Of a DNA stretch of 51,106 nucleotides, positions 35,150 through 46,812 are shown one piece after another. The DNA lies in the NCBI RefSeq assembly GCF_001194135.2, contig NC_068988.1, positions 79,741,423-79,792,528 of the forward strand, written 5' to 3'. Made by a program: the position numbers and the translations under genes. Origin of the DNA: Octopus bimaculoides. Its lineage: Eukaryota. Every line of letters begins with the position of its first letter. Within the stretch, counting starts at the first letter, position 1. The notes beneath the pieces are model-generated. The model had not been told where the DNA came from. It ran no database searches and saw nothing but the letters and a program-made list of their open reading frames with translations.

Positions 35150-35161
35150 CTCTTCCGATCT
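35150..35161 (+). other. Illumina adapter remnant CTCTTCCGATCT at a contig start
   Basis: Exact 12-mer 3' end of the TruSeq adapter, directly after the N-gap. Confidence 0.85.
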
Positions 35162-35289
35162 AAGCATTGAAAATTTATCGTTAATGGCAAGAATTATTGC
35201 CTTAAAAGTTCTAAGTGTTTAATCACTAACATACAATTAAATATTTTATTGACCAATTTTGTGTTCTTTTTATAACTTAGTTATTGTAT

Positions 35290-35880
35290 AGACTTGTTCC
35301 CTTACCAAATGTTTGTAGCATTTCACTCCAACCAGGGATTTAAAACCCATCGAATATCGTACACCTTTCACTCGCGACAACTGCCAACAATTTAAGACAC
35401 AGGCTCCAAAACAGCGGGGAAAATTTTTATTTTGGCAAAAGAAGTCGCGAATGTTACACGAGAATAATCGCAGCTGACCGAACTGATGCAGTTTATCTGC
35501 TTGCAACTGAAATAGGAACTGGTTCATTTCTCCGTCCTTCTACTCTTCAGTTCGTAATACCTAGTTCAATAATGGATCAATTTCCTTAATGCAGATAGTT
35601 TCGTGTTGTAGGAACACTTTGACAGTCAACAACTTTCGAGATTGTCGAGACATATTCAATTATAACCAGGAATTTCATCCGAGGGAAAAAATGTTGAAGT
35701 GTCTCCCATCATGCTTTTACCTGTAGTTACACTTTGGTAATGGATCGCACAATTGCATACAGGAGTTGCAAAAGATCACTTATAAATTTTCTGTATGAAA
35801 TATAGGGAAATATTCGAAAAAGTAGCTTTTTTTAAATCTCTATCTGCAAATTTCTGTTAATGCAAACATTTCTTTTACCC
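35290..35880 (-). mobile_element. Very old CR1/L2-like ORF2 3' fragment
   Basis: Degenerate SYRKFISDLLQLLYAIVRS, ELKSRR, IRDFFCQ and FKSLV pieces in CR1-like order. Confidence 0.35.
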
Positions 35881-36254
35881 GCTTCGGTATTGTGTCTCTT
35901 GATAGCACTACAGCTTCCACAACTTTTCTGATTACTCTGTCAAATGTAATACATTGATTTGAATGAATCATGCATTGTCTTGGAGTTGTGATCGTTGATT
36001 TTCACAATGACATTGTTAAGTCGGTGTGAGAAGCCAGATCTGGCCAGTTTGAACATAAAACAAGTAGAAAATTTGGGGCTGAATATGGCCGGTTTACATT
36101 CCTATGATTTTCTTTATTTCTATTTAATCTTCCACTCCAGCCCCATCTTTCTGTCTTTCTAATCGAATCTTCCCATTTTTATTTGTGTTTTATAATCCTA
36201 ACGTTATTTTGAACCAGCTCGTTAAAATATATTGGTGTATTTCTGTTTTCTTAG

Positions 36255-36353
36255 CCCGAAGACCACCGATATCTGTCATGTCCTGCTACGTTTCCAGTTA
36301 AGCATATCAAAAGATTTATTCGAATAAAGCATTCTCTTCCTGAAAAATACCAG
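36255..36353 (+). CDS. BMI1: Internal coding exon of a Polycomb group RING finger protein (BMI1/Psc-like), RAWUL domain segment
   Basis: tttctgttttcttAG|ccc...cag|GTttgg; 99 nt, phase 0/0, no stop; PEDHRYLSCPATFPVKHIKRFIRIKHSLPEKYQ aligns gaplessly to BMI1 [33 protein letters not shown], which as I recall is also one 33-codon phase 0/0 exon. Symbol is by similarity only; orthology unverified and other exons not found. Confidence 0.75.
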
Positions 36354-36559
36354 GTTTGGTTTTTGATTTTTTTCAGAAACTCACATCGTTCTGTAATTTT
36401 AGTAAAAATGAATTTAAGAATTATTTCTGCATCCTAGATATTGTACATGCCGCATTATTACCGCCATATATATCACCTAAAGTAGCTTGGTCTGAGAATT
36501 GTTTGATGTTAGCTTTCAACAGCTATATACGATTAGCTTCAAAATACTCAGGCGTCCAT

Positions 36560-36776
36560 CTTAAACCCTTTGCAACAGTTTGTGTTATCGTCCTCTCGTA
36601 TATGTGACTGGCACACAGGCACCTTCAAATATTCTACATCCGTTTGAAATTGTTGTAAGTAGGTCAAGGCTCCCATGCATATTCTTAGCATAGTTTCAAG
36701 TCATCCACTATGAAACAGCGTGTAATTTTGACATTTGGGTTTCCTCTTGAACCAATGAAATATCCTTCAGACTTTT
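36560..36776 (-). mobile_element. R4/Dong-like RT fragment whose 5' break abuts (TACA)n
   Basis: Homologous to ~23270-23435 (FIVDDLKL vs FFVDDLKL); followed on + by (TATG)n at 36776-36817. Confidence 0.85.
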
Positions 36777-36842
36777 ATGTATGTATGTATGTATGTATGT
36801 ATGCATGTATGTATGTATTATATTTATTCTCTTATTCGTTTT

Positions 36843-37010
36843 TTTTTTACTTGTTTTAGTCATTTAACTGTGGCCATGCTAGAGCACCGCCTTGTTTCAG
36901 TCATTAGACTGAGCGCACGTTGGAGCATTAACTTGAAAAATTTCTAATCGAACGAATTGACACCAGCACTTAGTATTTTTTAAGTTTAGTATTTATTCTA
37001 TTGGTCTCTT
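36843..37010 (-). mobile_element. Partial SINE (46813 family 3' end)
   Basis: ttttacttgttttagtcatttaactgtggccatgctagagcaccgcc... Confidence 0.7.
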
Positions 37011-37882
37011 TATGTTATTTAATCACATAAAATGTAGTAATTAACTTAGAAAGGAATATTAGGGAATACCTAACTATGTGGCAAAGACCGCTCTCTATTG
37101 ATTATGGAATGAGTATTCATTAGAAAAACAGAGAGTTGATGTGAACAACTTCCTAGTATAATCTGAGTCTAAGAAGAGAGACATCCTCACCCCATCCAGT
37201 GTAACCAAAAGATAGGAAACCTGATGCATTTATAATGAACAAAATAATCAACAGAAAACGAAGAAGTTAATGTTGCTTATTTTAACATGTCAACCAATCA
37301 CAAAAGTATGGCTTCACTATCTTTATCAAAACACAGAACCTATATTCATTCTCCATTGATTCAAACGGCGGGCAAATTGATCCCGTAGAAGATAGCATTT
37401 TGTTAACATATTTTAACAGACGTACATTGAGTGTCCAGCAAGGATAGACTTTAGAATTATAGGCCGATGTCAATGTAATGTATATTTGGAGCGAATGACA
37501 GATGTCGTTGAACAGGAGGTAAAGGGAGACAACATTGATGGTAGCTTTGCTGAAACATAGTCAGGGCGAATATAAACAATATAAACATCGAAACAGGCCT
37601 TATTTTATCAAAACATTGGCCTTCAATTGTTACTAATGCAGCTTATTCATCCGAATCTGGTGGTATGCATGCGTACTGCTCACATACCCTACTGAAGTCA
37701 CAGATGGCTGAGTTGTTCAGTGTCGGATAATTGACCGATACGTCTACGTTTCGAATCCTGTTGTTACTGCTGATATGTCCAAGTAGTTTCAGTCAACTTT
37801 GTTGTTTGGAAATAAGTATGACACAGTTCATCGAACATAGCTATATGTTATTAGGTATATCATACATAAAAGACATATTAAA

Positions 37883-38099
37883 CGAGAGAGTGCTAAAAAG
37901 TTCCCTGTTTTAAAAATATCGCGGAAGGCCTTACTGGAGGCCTAACTTTCCAAGTTATTTTACGGGGCTTACGAAAACTTAAGGATCACTGCAATAAGCT
38001 TGTGAATCTGAGAGGGGAGTACGTTGAATAAAATCATAACTAACTGATCCTCCTGTATTCTCTTTTACCCAAAGCCAGGAGTATTTCAGCACCCCCTCG
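37883..38099 (+). mobile_element. mariner-derived MITE (~217 bp)
   Basis: TIRs cgagagagtgctaaaaagttcc / ggagtatttcagcaccccctcg; keeps a transposase C-terminal tip HCNKLVNLRGEYVE*. Confidence 0.7.
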
Positions 38100-38399
38100 C
38101 ATATATAAGAATTAGCAAACATTTTTGGTGATGATACAAATACGTTCATCCAGTCTGTAGTCAGATTGGAAATAATTCTGTTACAATCATATCTAAGTAG
38201 AATTGGTATGAAGGAATTAGTGAGTAGTTTCATTGATATATACACCACCAACAGACCACCAACGTGGTCGCTGAACCTGCGAGAAGCATCAGCCAAATTT
38301 CTATCAAATCACACTATGTTATCTTAAAAAACAAAAAAGACACGCACTTTTGAGAATTTACTCCTACAAAAAGACGGAATAACCATAGCTAAAATAGTT

Positions 38400-38705
38400 T
38401 GGCAACAACAGCAGCAACAACGACCATAGCAACAACAGCAGCAACAACAACCATAGCAACAACAGAAACAATGACAAATGCAGAAACCACAACGCAGCAA
38501 TAGCAACAACAGTAAGAACAATTACAGGAGTAACAACATCAACGGCAATAATTACTGTAGCAGCGTTAACAACAATTACAGCAACAACTATAACAGCAAC
38601 ATTGCAGCGGAAGCAACAGCAATAACAATATTAGCGACAACAACAATTGCAGGATCTGCAACAACAATCGCAACACCAGCAGTTACAACAACAACAACAA
38701 CTATA
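38400..38705. repeat. CAA/CAG-rich cryptic trinucleotide low-complexity tract
   Basis: Direct reading. Confidence 0.85.
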
Positions 38706-38963
38706 GTTTGCTGTTCGGTAAGTTTACGAACATGTTTCTACATAATTCATTTATCTATTAATCTGTTCACCCTCCCACACACATGCACACACATATACAC
38801 ACATACATAAATGCACACGCACACACATCCATACGTAAACACCCCCCACACACAACACACAGACACACGTATATATTATAATCACAATCATTTACATTTA
38901 TATACATGGATATACACTCATATACATACATACATACATACATACATACATACATACATACAT

Positions 38964-39345
38964 GTTGGCACTCCGTCGCTTACGACGTCGAGGGTTCCAG
39001 TCGATCCGATCAACGGAACAGCCTGCTCGAGAAATTAACGTGTAAGTGGCTGAGCATTCCACAGATATGTGTACCCTTAACGTAGTTCTCGGGGATATTC
39101 AGCGTGACCCAGTGTGTGACAACGCTGACCCTTTGAATTACAGGCACAACAGAAACAGGAAGTAAGAGTGAGAGAAAGTTGTGGTGGAAGAGTACAGCAG
39201 GGTTCGCCACCATCCCCTGCCGGAGCCTCGTGGAGCTTTAGGTGTTTTCGCTCATTAACACTCACAACGCCCGGTCTGGGAATCGAAACCGCGATCCTAT
39301 GACCGCGAGTCCGCTGCCCTAACCACTGGGCCATTGCGCCTCCAC
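38964..39345 (-). mobile_element. Young tRNA-derived SINE embedded in a (TACA)n array
   Basis: Minus-strand head gtggaggcgcaatggcccagtggttagggcagcgg...ggtttcgattccc (A and B boxes); (catac)n repeats on both sides. Confidence 0.88.
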
Positions 39346-40104
39346 TACATACATACATACATACATACATGCATACATACATACATACACGAGCATAGAG
39401 TCATTGGTTAAATTCCTAGACTAGCCGTGTTCTGTCTTTGAGCAAGGCCCTTCACTTCGAGTTTCCCTTGTCCACTCAGCAGAAAATTAAATATCAGTCT
39501 AGTGCGGGAGTCACTTTCTAGATGTCTCTCTGCTTCAGTGAAAAGAGTGCCGGGCGGGTATGTACGCTTGATAATGACTTCATAAAACAGTTATCGAAAG
39601 TATAGTATATTCTACTAAGTCATACGCACTGCGAATGTCGGCTATGTGTGTTATCACACATACATACATGCGCGCGCACACACACACATTCACATACACA
39701 CTTATACAAACACGTACAACACACATACAAACACACACACACACACATACACGCGCGCGCATAAGTGAGACTTAGACAACTTGTATTGCATTCCTAGGAG
39801 AGTTCCTCAGAGAGTGAAGTATCTCTGGGAGATCTTCACTAAAATATGCTTGTCTAGCGGTGGATTCCAACAAACCGATTGATGTGCATATGCGGGCGTG
39901 GTCAATTGGTTGGTGACAGAATTGATGAGGTCCATAGATTTACAAAAAATACATTAAAGGGAAGTAATGAAAAATATAGAAATACTTAGAAGAGCTGCCG
40001 ATGTGGTAAGCCGACGGCACCACCATGCGACATGTTGATCTGCATTGCATATACATACAAACGCGTGCGCAAACACACACACACATATTATATACATACA
40101 TACA

Positions 40105-40228
40105 TACAAAGAAGTTTGCTTCCCAACGACATAGTTCCGGAGTCAGCTGCTCTTCGTGGCACTTTGAGCAAGTATCTTCTACTACAGCCTCAGATGTACC
40201 AAAGTTTTGTGATTGGATTTGGTACACA

Positions 40229-40292
<64 letters not shown>

Positions 40293-40480
40293 AGTGTGTC
40301 TCTGTGTCTGTGTTTGTGTTCCCACCTGTCACCGTTTGAAAACCGCTGTTGATGTGTTTATGTTCCCGTAACGTAGCGGTTTGACAAAAAGGGCCGATAG
40401 AATAAGTATTATGCTTAAAAAATAAGTCTCAAGGTCGATTTGTTCGACTAAAAACCCTTCAAGGCTGTGCTCAGCATTGA
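40105..40480 (+). mobile_element. Diverged SINE (46813 family) with an internal (CA)n expansion
   Basis: gtggcactttgagcaagtatcttctactacagcctc...tttgtgattggatttggta...ccgatagaataagta...ggtcgatttgttcgactaaa. Confidence 0.75.
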
Positions 40481-40879
40481 CTATCGCGTGTGTATGTGTG
40501 TGTATGTACATGTATGTATGTGTATGTATATTATANNNNNNNNNNNNNNNNNNNNNNNNNNNNNNNNNNNNNNNNNNNNNNNNNNNNNNNNNNNNNNNNN
40601 NNNNNNNNNNNNNNNNNNNNNNNNNNNNNNNNNNNNNNNNNNNNNNNNNNNNNNNNNNNNNNNNNNNNNNNNNNNNNNNNNNNNNNNNNNNNNNNNNNNN
40701 NNNNNNNNNNNNNNNNNNNNNNNNNNNNNNNNNNNNNNNNNNNNNNNATATAATATAATATAAGGTTCACTCTGAGACCACGCAAACATCCTCCGGCGAG
40801 AATATGCCAACCATGACCCCCTTCAACACAAGAAAATATAAACGCTATTCCTACCAAAAAGGCATTATCGCTCGTGGCC

Positions 40880-41400
40880 CTTCAGCCAATGATGAACAGC
40901 ACACAATCTTTCCTAATCACTGAATACATCTTTAGCTACGTTCGCATCCTGACCCTTTACCAATTTCTTCAGAACTAGAATATATATCATCCGCAACAAT
41001 TAATGATAGCTTAAAAGCTCAAGATGACGCCCACAATTTCACATTGCCCTCCTATCTGAGTTAACGCATTTGCTGCTCACACGCATATATCCTTCTCGAA
41101 TTCTAGAAAATAGTCCTTGGCCAACACTCACTACCTTTTCTGCCACTATTAAAATGGCCTTTGCTCTTCAGTGATGGACGCAACCTCCACTCAAACATTT
41201 CTAACCCATTTATCTCTACTGCTCATCCCTATTATCGTGTCCTTAAATCCAGATCTCGCACTAATCACTATTCTCATCCCTTTTCCTCTGCCCATGACTT
41301 TCTCACATGTGTTGAGTTACAAAGTTTCAAGACGAACATTAGCGACAACAAGTTTACAGTTTAAGAGGGTTTGTAACGCAATGGACACAACCCTTACCTC
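40880..41400 (+). mobile_element. Decayed L2/CR1-like ORF2 3' fragment
   Basis: AHPYYRVLKSRSRTNHYSHPF...ELQSFKTNIS end motif; same type as 49300-49640. Confidence 0.5.
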
Positions 41401-41417
41401 TAGATCCAGAAAATATA

Positions 41418-42283
41418 CAGGGTGCGGTGAATAAACTGTCGTCTAAATTACACAAAAATGAAAATAACACTTGGCATCTCATTTTAACAGATATATTTAC
41501 CAAAATTACATTAAAATATCTTTAAAGAGTAAATTTATTCAATAAAATCGCCATTGGCTTCAACCACAGCCTCCAGAAGACTTCGGAATCTCCTGCAACT
41601 CTTTTGGACTGTCTCCTTGTTTAAGATGGTGTATGCTGCCATAATCCTTGCCTTCAGTTCATCTTTGTTGTTACAAGGAATTTTGTTGGTCTCTCGCTCA
41701 ACTGCATCCCACACGTAATGATCAAGGGGATTGCAGTCTGGGGAGTTAGGTGGCCAGATGTTAGGGGTGACCTGGTTGCAGAAATTGTCTGACTGCCATG
41801 ACTGGGTTCTCCTGCTTGTGTGGCATGGTGCAGAGTCCTGTTGCCAGATATAGGGGTCATCCAGCAACCACGCTCTTCATCCACAACAACACTACCCTCT
41901 CCAGGCACTTGATGTAGGACTCCGTGTTGAGTCTGAGACCGTGTGGGAAGATGAATGGAGGCATAACGTCGCCATCACTAGTGATGTTGACTGGATGTTT
42001 GATTTTTATCACTCTCGGTACAGGTCCTCAAATCATACTGTCCTCAAATTGCCGCCAAAATGCTCTGAAATGTTCGTATTGGAGCTTCTGGTGCGAATGC
42101 TAAGCAGTACAGCATGTTCTTTCCAAATTTCTGGCAGAGTGAATTGCGTCATGGTGTTGTTTTTCTCATAGACGGTGCCCAACTGACCCTGCTATACTGT
42201 GTAGTCGACACAATCAAAAACAAACAATGCGCATGCATGAAATTAAAATTATATAATGGCGGCAATTTACCCATCGCACTTTG
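41418..42283 (-). mobile_element. maT (DD37D) Tc1/mariner transposon, internally deleted (866 bp)
   Basis: TA flanks at 41416-41417 and 42284-42285; ~27-bp degenerate TIRs; QQDSAPCH...WPPNSPDCNPLD has 37 residues between the last two catalytic Asp; N-terminus MTQFTLPEIWK is joined to the catalytic C-half. Confidence 0.92.
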
Positions 42284-42490
42284 TATATGCTTAAGTACTT
42301 ATGCATATGCATAAATCTATGTATGCATGTTTGTGTATATGAGCGTGTGTGTGTGTCTGTGTGTACGTGTGTGTGTTGTGTTGTTTGTAAGTGTGTGCGC
42401 GTGAGTGAATGTGTTTATGCATTACTATTCATACGTACTTGAAAGTGTATTGGTGTATACGCATATATATATAGGCGCATATCTGTGTAA

Positions 42491-42560
<70 letters not shown>

Positions 42561-43911
42561 ATAGGCATATATCTATCATGTGCATGCAAGTTCAGACACT
42601 GGTAGGCAGCTGTAGTTGCTGAAAGAGAACATACATTGTCTAAACAATATGTCATATCTGTCTTCGTGTGTCTGTGACAATCGTTTGCCTGGCCCATGCC
42701 ATGCAACAGGACTGTCAGAAAGTCTTTAGACAAAACATTACCGCTTACTCCACACTTAAAAGAGACGCTTTGAAACTGAATGTTTCCGGTTTCACAAATA
42801 TATTCGAGATAAATCGACACTTAAACTGCCACCAACCTTTCTCTATACAAATCTCTCTTGGCTGGCGTCCACGCTGTATTTGTCTGTGTCTGTGCATGTA
42901 GGCATATATATTTACTGAATATATATACATGTATATACAAACATCTCCGTGTATGTGTGTGCGTGCGTATGTTTGTATTTGAGTATCACAAGTATGCATG
43001 TTTACTTGTATGTATGTGAGTATAAATATGCTTGAATTTATGCTTATCTACATTTGCATGTTTATAACATTGTGCATATGCGCAATATGAACGATTGCCT
43101 ACTGGTGTTTAACGTATGTACACCTATATCCACAGCCATGCAAGTGTGTGTGTGTATACATATATATATATATGTATGTACGTATGTATGTATATATATA
43201 TANNNNNNNNNNNNNNNNNNNNNNNNNNNNNNNNNNNNNNNNNNNNNNNNNNNNNNNNNNNNNNNNNNNNNNNNNNNNNNNNNNNNNNNNNNNNNNNNNN
43301 NNNNNNNNNNNNNNNNNNNNNNNNNNNNNNNNNNNNNNNNNNNNNNNNNNNNNNNNNNNNNNNNNNNNNNNNNNNNNNNNNNNNNNNNNNNNNNNNNNNN
43401 NNNNNNNNNNNNNNNNNNNNNNNNNNNNNNNNNNNNNNNNNNNNNNNNNNNNNNNNNNNNNNNNNNNNNNNNNNNNNNNNNNNNNNNNNNNNNNNNNNNN
43501 NNNNNNNNNNNNNNNNNNNNNNNNNNNNNNNNNNNNNNNNNNNNNNNNNNNNNNNNNNNNNNNNNNNNNNNNNNNNNNNNNNNNNNNNNNNNNNNNNNNN
43601 NNNNNNNNNNNNNNNNNNNNNNNNNNNNNNNNNNNNNNNNNNNNNNNNNNNNNNNNNNNNNNNNNNNNNNNNNNNNNNNNNNNNNNNNNNNNNNNNNNNN
43701 NNNNNNNNNNNNNNNNNNNNNNNNNNNNNNNNNNNNNNNNNNNNNNNNNNNNNNNNNNNNNNNNNNNNNNNNNNNNNNNNNNNNNNNNNNNNNNNNNNNN
43801 NNNNNNNNNNNNNNNNNNNNNNNNNNNNNNNNNNNNNNNNNNNNNNNNNNNNNNNNNNNNNNNNNNNNNNNNNNNNNNNNNNATATATATATATATATAT
43901 ATATACACTCA

Positions 43912-44065
43912 CACATACGACAGGTTTCTTTCAGTTTCGTCTGCCAAAGCCTCCGTGGAGGCTTTGGTCAGCTATAGTAGGAAACACTTGCCCAAGATGT
44001 CACGCAGAGAGATTGAACTCAGAACTATGTGCTTGAGAAGCAAACTGCTTGCCACGTAGCCTCTG
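43912..44065 (-). mobile_element. SINE 5' half (46813 family)
   Basis: acgacaggtttctttcagtttc...acacttgcccaag...gaactcagaactatgtg. Confidence 0.7.
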
Positions 44066-44694
44066 CATTGTCATATATTTATGTTTATTTGTCAAATATT
44101 TCACAACTGAAAATAACCACTGAAAACTTAAGCTCTATGTTTTTACTATTTCTTTTTCTATGCCATGATAAATATTCCCTTTTCTTTTCTATATATTTTT
44201 ATATTTTGTTGGGTTTGAAATACTTAAATCATTTTGTCATTAGAACAACTTTTGCACGAATTCTTTTTTTCCCCCTTCATTTCTTCAGTTTATGTATATA
44301 TTCTTAATGAAGACTACAGCTGGTTACGTCGGTCGGGTGACAGCTTTTGGCTGAAATATTAACAAGTTTTTAGTTGTCGCTGGCGTTGCTTTTGTATTAA
44401 TGGTGATTACACCAGACTGCAAATAGGTGTCATGAAGCAGTTCTGTGAAAAGGTATTTTAGCGTAAGGATCGAGAGACATCCAACGAATATTCGGTTAAA
44501 TCTTCAGCCCTAGACAAATGTCCTAATCCTATCAACCCACAGTGCAATGGAGACAAGTTTGGTTTTGATTATAGGTTGTGGTGGTTGCTGAATAGCTATT
44601 ACGTGTCGTTGCTAAATATATACTACAACAATCAGGTAGCTGGGCTGATCTGATTAAGAGAACATCGAATCAAAGCAAAATGAGGGAGAAGTGT

Positions 44695-45000
44695 CAATGA
44701 GGTCGTATTCTGCAGTCGAATCTATGGAATCTATGGAGAGGATGGATGAGGAGCGGATGGTTAGGAGGGTGGTGAAGGTAGAAGTGGTAGGCAGCAGAAC
44801 CTCGAAGCAAACCTCGATTTGTGTCGATGGATGGAGTGAGGAAAGCTTTGGTGGTTAAATGAGTTGGAGTGAGAGAGGCAAGAGAGTTTATAAATGATAG
44901 GAAAGCTTGGAGAGTGTTTGTGGACGGATGAGTGAATTTGATGTTGCTCAAAGGGGTACGGAACCAGCATGATGCAGCCGGGGTAAACCAGCATATATGC
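44695..45000 (+). mobile_element. RTE-clade LINE 3' end
   Basis: MERMDEERMVRRVVKVEVVGSR...KPRF..MDGVRKAL...EAREFINDRKAWRVFV*. Confidence 0.75.
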
Positions 45001-46812
45001 TATNNNNNNNNNNNNNNNNNNNNNNNNNNNNNNNNNNNNNNNNNNNNNNNNNNNNNNNNNNNNNNNNNNNNNNNNNNNNNNNNNNNNNNNNNNNNNNNNN
45101 NNNNNNNNNNNNNNNNNNNNNNNNNNNNNNNNNNNNNNNNNNNNNNNNNNNNNNNNNNNNNNNNNNNNNNNNNNNNNNNNNNNNNNNNNNNNNNNNNNNN
45201 NNNNNNNNNNNNNNNNNNNNNNNNNNNNNNNNNNNNNNNNNNNNNNNNNNNNNNNNNNNNNNNNNNNNNNNNNNNNNNNNNNNNNNNNNNNNNNNNNNNN
45301 NNNNNNNNNNNNNNNNNNNNNNNNNNNNNNNNNNNNNNNNNNNNNNNNNNNNNNNNNNNNNNNNNNNNNNNNNNNNNNNNATATAATGAATCTCAGCATA
45401 GAGCGATCAGACATTAGCGATACATTACACAAGGAAATTAGACATTATTGGAATATTAGAGAAGTTGCACTTTCTGTATAAATTTTCTTATAAGACATAC
45501 AAAATGTTGGGTCCTGTAAATTTGTTCACTTTATTTTAAGGAGAGAAGTTTGTCAGTTTATATTGTATTAAAGTAAACAACAAAAATGTATTGAAAGAAA
45601 ATAGATATTCATTCGACAAATCCATTATGTTCCCCTACCATGTTCATTCTACCCGAGCAGAAATGTTAGTTGTTGCACTTGTTTTGTTGAATTAAGATGC
45701 ATAACTAGAATTACCATGGAGTAAGTCTGTAATTTGGTTGCAATTCAAGCTTGTAGTTATTTCAGTTTGCTTGAATTCACTGGGAAAATACGTGACAATC
45801 TAATTTCAATCATCACTTGAAGTTGATAGGGCAAGTCCCAAGTTTTCTAAGTTAGTTGAATATCGTAGGGTCAATGATTTATACCCCGTCGTTAAGTTTG
45901 TATCTCGTATGGAGACATTCTATTTTCTTCACCTCAGATCACTTAGAGTTTCTTTTCATATATAGAGAGTGGGGAACGGCAGTACAGTATCATTCATGAG
46001 CTTTTTCAGAGTTCCGAGGCTGGAGGGATGGAGACAGAAAAATATGCTCTGATTGAAGACACGGTCCCAAAGCTTGCAGCAAAGTGGACTACACGAAAGA
46101 CACTTGAGGATTAGATGGTGTACTTAAATAGCAAGATCTCGATATAATAAATCATTGTCTCTTTATAATGTCGGAACCTCTAAAGATCCCTCTAGGATCA
46201 TCTCGAATTCAATGTCTCTATGATGTCTCCAACAGTATAAAGTAATGACAATATCATCAACATCAGGTTAAATGGCTCTACAGAGATGTTTATCTGGTAG
46301 AAATAGCAGTCGCGTATCTCTCAGATTACAACCTACCATCTTTAGGAAGGGAAGGATACGTAGAATAATGTAGTCTGAAATATACTATATCTAAAGAAAA
46401 AGAAGTTGGTCATGACTAGACTACCTTTATATCATAGTCAGGACAGATTAGGGGTTAAATAACAACAAAACAACATAATTGAAATATTTCTTTTTTTATA
46501 TTTCGTTTTTTATATTTCCAATAAATGATATGATCCCAATGATATACAGGAACGCTAAACTTGATATGGAATGCTCCGCCATTGTTAGACAGAATCTAAC
46601 CCAGCATACTAACAGTTCATACACTACATATATTGACTTTCTCCAGGGTTTATTGATTGGTTAAGATAGCTGATACTTCTCAATTCTAACATCTCCTTAG
46701 TATTCTAGAAAAAGAAATCCATATTTTGACCCAACAGATACCTCATGTAATGAATGTGTTACAAACTCCCGTCTTTGGTAACGCGAACGTAGTAATAATA
46801 TAATATTCATTG

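Noticed and set aside
37030-37125. YLTMWQRPLSIDY as the downstream RAWUL exon
   Set aside because: Stop just upstream, available acceptors are phase 1 rather than phase 0, and similarity is weak.
37420-37530. AG|TYIECPARIDF... as a duplicated RAWUL exon
   Set aside because: Only YxxCPA matches; the conserved H, F and K positions are absent.
38400-38810. Asn/Thr/Gln-rich ORF
   Set aside because: Cryptic CAA/CAG low-complexity DNA; no splice or domain support.
39270-39345. tRNA-like sequence as a tRNA gene
   Set aside because: It continues directly into a SINE body and has no complete acceptor stem or terminator.
46550-46664. AG|gNAKLDMECS... as the terminal PCGF exon
   Set aside because: Lacks the PLxLxY motif; acceptor is weak.
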